From positions 2,418,001 to 2,482,000 of the forward strand of contig JAYWIR010000013.1 of NCBI GenBank assembly GCA_036172245.1: DNA of 64,000 bases, in the 5' to 3' direction. The translations under genes were made by a program, and so were the position numbers. Positions 62,794 through 64,000 of this stretch are shown piece by piece. The notes beneath the pieces were generated by a model that did no database searches, was not told the DNA's origin, and saw only the letters and a list, made by a program, of their open reading frames with translations. Position 1 is the first letter of the stretch; each line of letters starts with the position of its first letter. The stretch comes from Raillietiella orientalis. Lineage: Eukaryota.

Positions 62794-63800
62794 TTGCCAC
62801 CCGGGTACGCCCGGAACGTTTATTTATAAAAAACTCTACAATCGCGGTACCAGGCTCCGCTCACGGCCTTATGCACGGGACCTACCGGGACGCCGGGACG
62901 CAGCCCGGCGTGGCACTCCCCGGCAGCGAAAGGGGATGGGGAAAAACAAAAATAAAAACAAAAACGCAAACAAACAAATGAGGTTGGAGGGCAGGGAAGG
63001 GATCACTGTTCGCTGAGAGGACGGCCCATCCGTTGAAGGAAGCCCTCTAGGTCCATCCGCATATTCCCCAGTTGGGGCCATCCAGCAGCTCTTCGCAAGA
63101 AGCGTTGGGCATACGGGATGACATCCCTCGCTTGTGGAGCCACTCCTTCGTTTTTGGCGTCGCTCCATGCCGCCACGATGCCACGGAGTCAGCACAAGGC
63201 TGCGATGGCTGCGGCTGGCTGCAGTGTGTCCTTCACGCAGATGGTCCAAAGAACGTCTCTGGGGCTGCTGCCTGTAGGGAGCCAGAGGGTCCTCCCGAAC
63301 CGTTTTCAAAGGGGTCGGAGGGCAGCACAATCCACAATAAGGTGGGGAAGCGACTCCCGCTCCCCGCACCTGGCACACGCAGGATCCACAGCTCCCCTCG
63401 TCCAGTGGAAGCGGCGCGCGTTGCAGGGTAGATCCCAGTGCAACAAAAGCAACGCCGACTCTTGCCACTTGAGGGGGAGGATTCTGGATTCCTTCATCAC
63501 CGGGGGCCACTTCAGCTCATCCCTGGGGATGGCGAGCAGCTCGCCATATCTTAATAATCCTCGCGGCTGGACGCTCGGGGTCGTGGCGTCGGCCAGTTCT
63601 ACTGTTGTCCAGCCGCTGATCAACTTCTCGCGTTCCTCGATGCAGCAGGAGACTTGCCACCTTGGCGTCCGGCTGCTGTGAAGTGCCTTCCTCAGGAAGG
63701 GCAGCGCCGTAGCTAGGCAGGTCGTCTCTACCCACGTGCATCTTGCTGGTCTCTCCAGGAGATTCCGCAGCGTGCAGCGGGCCTAGGGGCTGCATCTAAG
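62794..63800 (-). mobile_element. 5'-truncated Tx1-like 3' fragment
   Basis: WQESALLLLHWDLPCNARRFHWTRGAVDPACARCGERESLPHLIVDC; terminus aataaacgttccgggcgtacccgggtg. Confidence 0.9.
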
Positions 63801-64000
63801 ACGATTTTACGTTTCGATGGTCCTCTGGTTAACCGCTGCCTACGTTCCAATATTCTCCTCCACCCAGGCGGGGGAGTCAGGAACGAGCGGGCATACCTTC
63901 AGGCCCGCCGTTATTCCAGGCGTCCCGACGTCCGTTGCCTGGCAGAATTCAAGGCTGAGGCGGAGAGGCAAGCCTGGCAGTCAGGCTCGGCCTTCTTGCT
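63800..64000 (+). mobile_element. Tx1-like ORF2 linker fragment running off the window
   Basis: RNERAYLQARRYSRRPDVRCLAEFKAEAERQAWQSGSAFLL matches the linkers at about 42420 and 49220. Confidence 0.85.

Noticed and set aside
27779..62826. Repeated hairpin motif read as a CRISPR repeat, attC site or Helitron end
   Set aside because: Eukaryotic context, irregular kb-scale spacing, and no cas, integrase or Rep-helicase genes. The motif always follows a LINE 3' UTR.

Overview
Eukaryotic (metazoan) genomic DNA with two zones. Left: an AT-rich, compact gene island on the minus strand. It holds a complete 5-exon RPS18 gene (152 aa, 9750-11253) and, about 320 bp downstream on the same strand, a multi-exon SUN-domain ossification factor gene (SUCO/SLP1-type, about 5710-9426). 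Many introns are only 46-56 nt, which suggests a nematode-like host (inference only). Right (about 26.1-64 kb): an almost continuous cluster of L1/Tx1-clade non-LTR retrotransposons from several subfamilies (zinc-knuckle ORF1; ORF2 with APE endonuclease, RT and a C-terminal Cys/His domain). Older decayed copies lie at about 13-17 kb. The main observation is that all 10 element 3' ends whose target I could identify are inserted ANTISENSE into another Tx1-like element. One subfamily has inserted five times at the same nucleotide inside the conserved RT motif D-x-x-K-A-F-D (ttcga|) of five visibly different host copies. The elements end in AATAAA plus a GC hairpin instead of a poly(A) tail. The KAFD-targeting family also carries AATAAA on both strands, and five heads share a fixed-spacing 22-bp motif. 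Together this looks like a system of retrotransposons that site-specifically target and disable related retrotransposons. No element in the window has fully intact ORFs. I could not run database searches, so novelty is unconfirmed.
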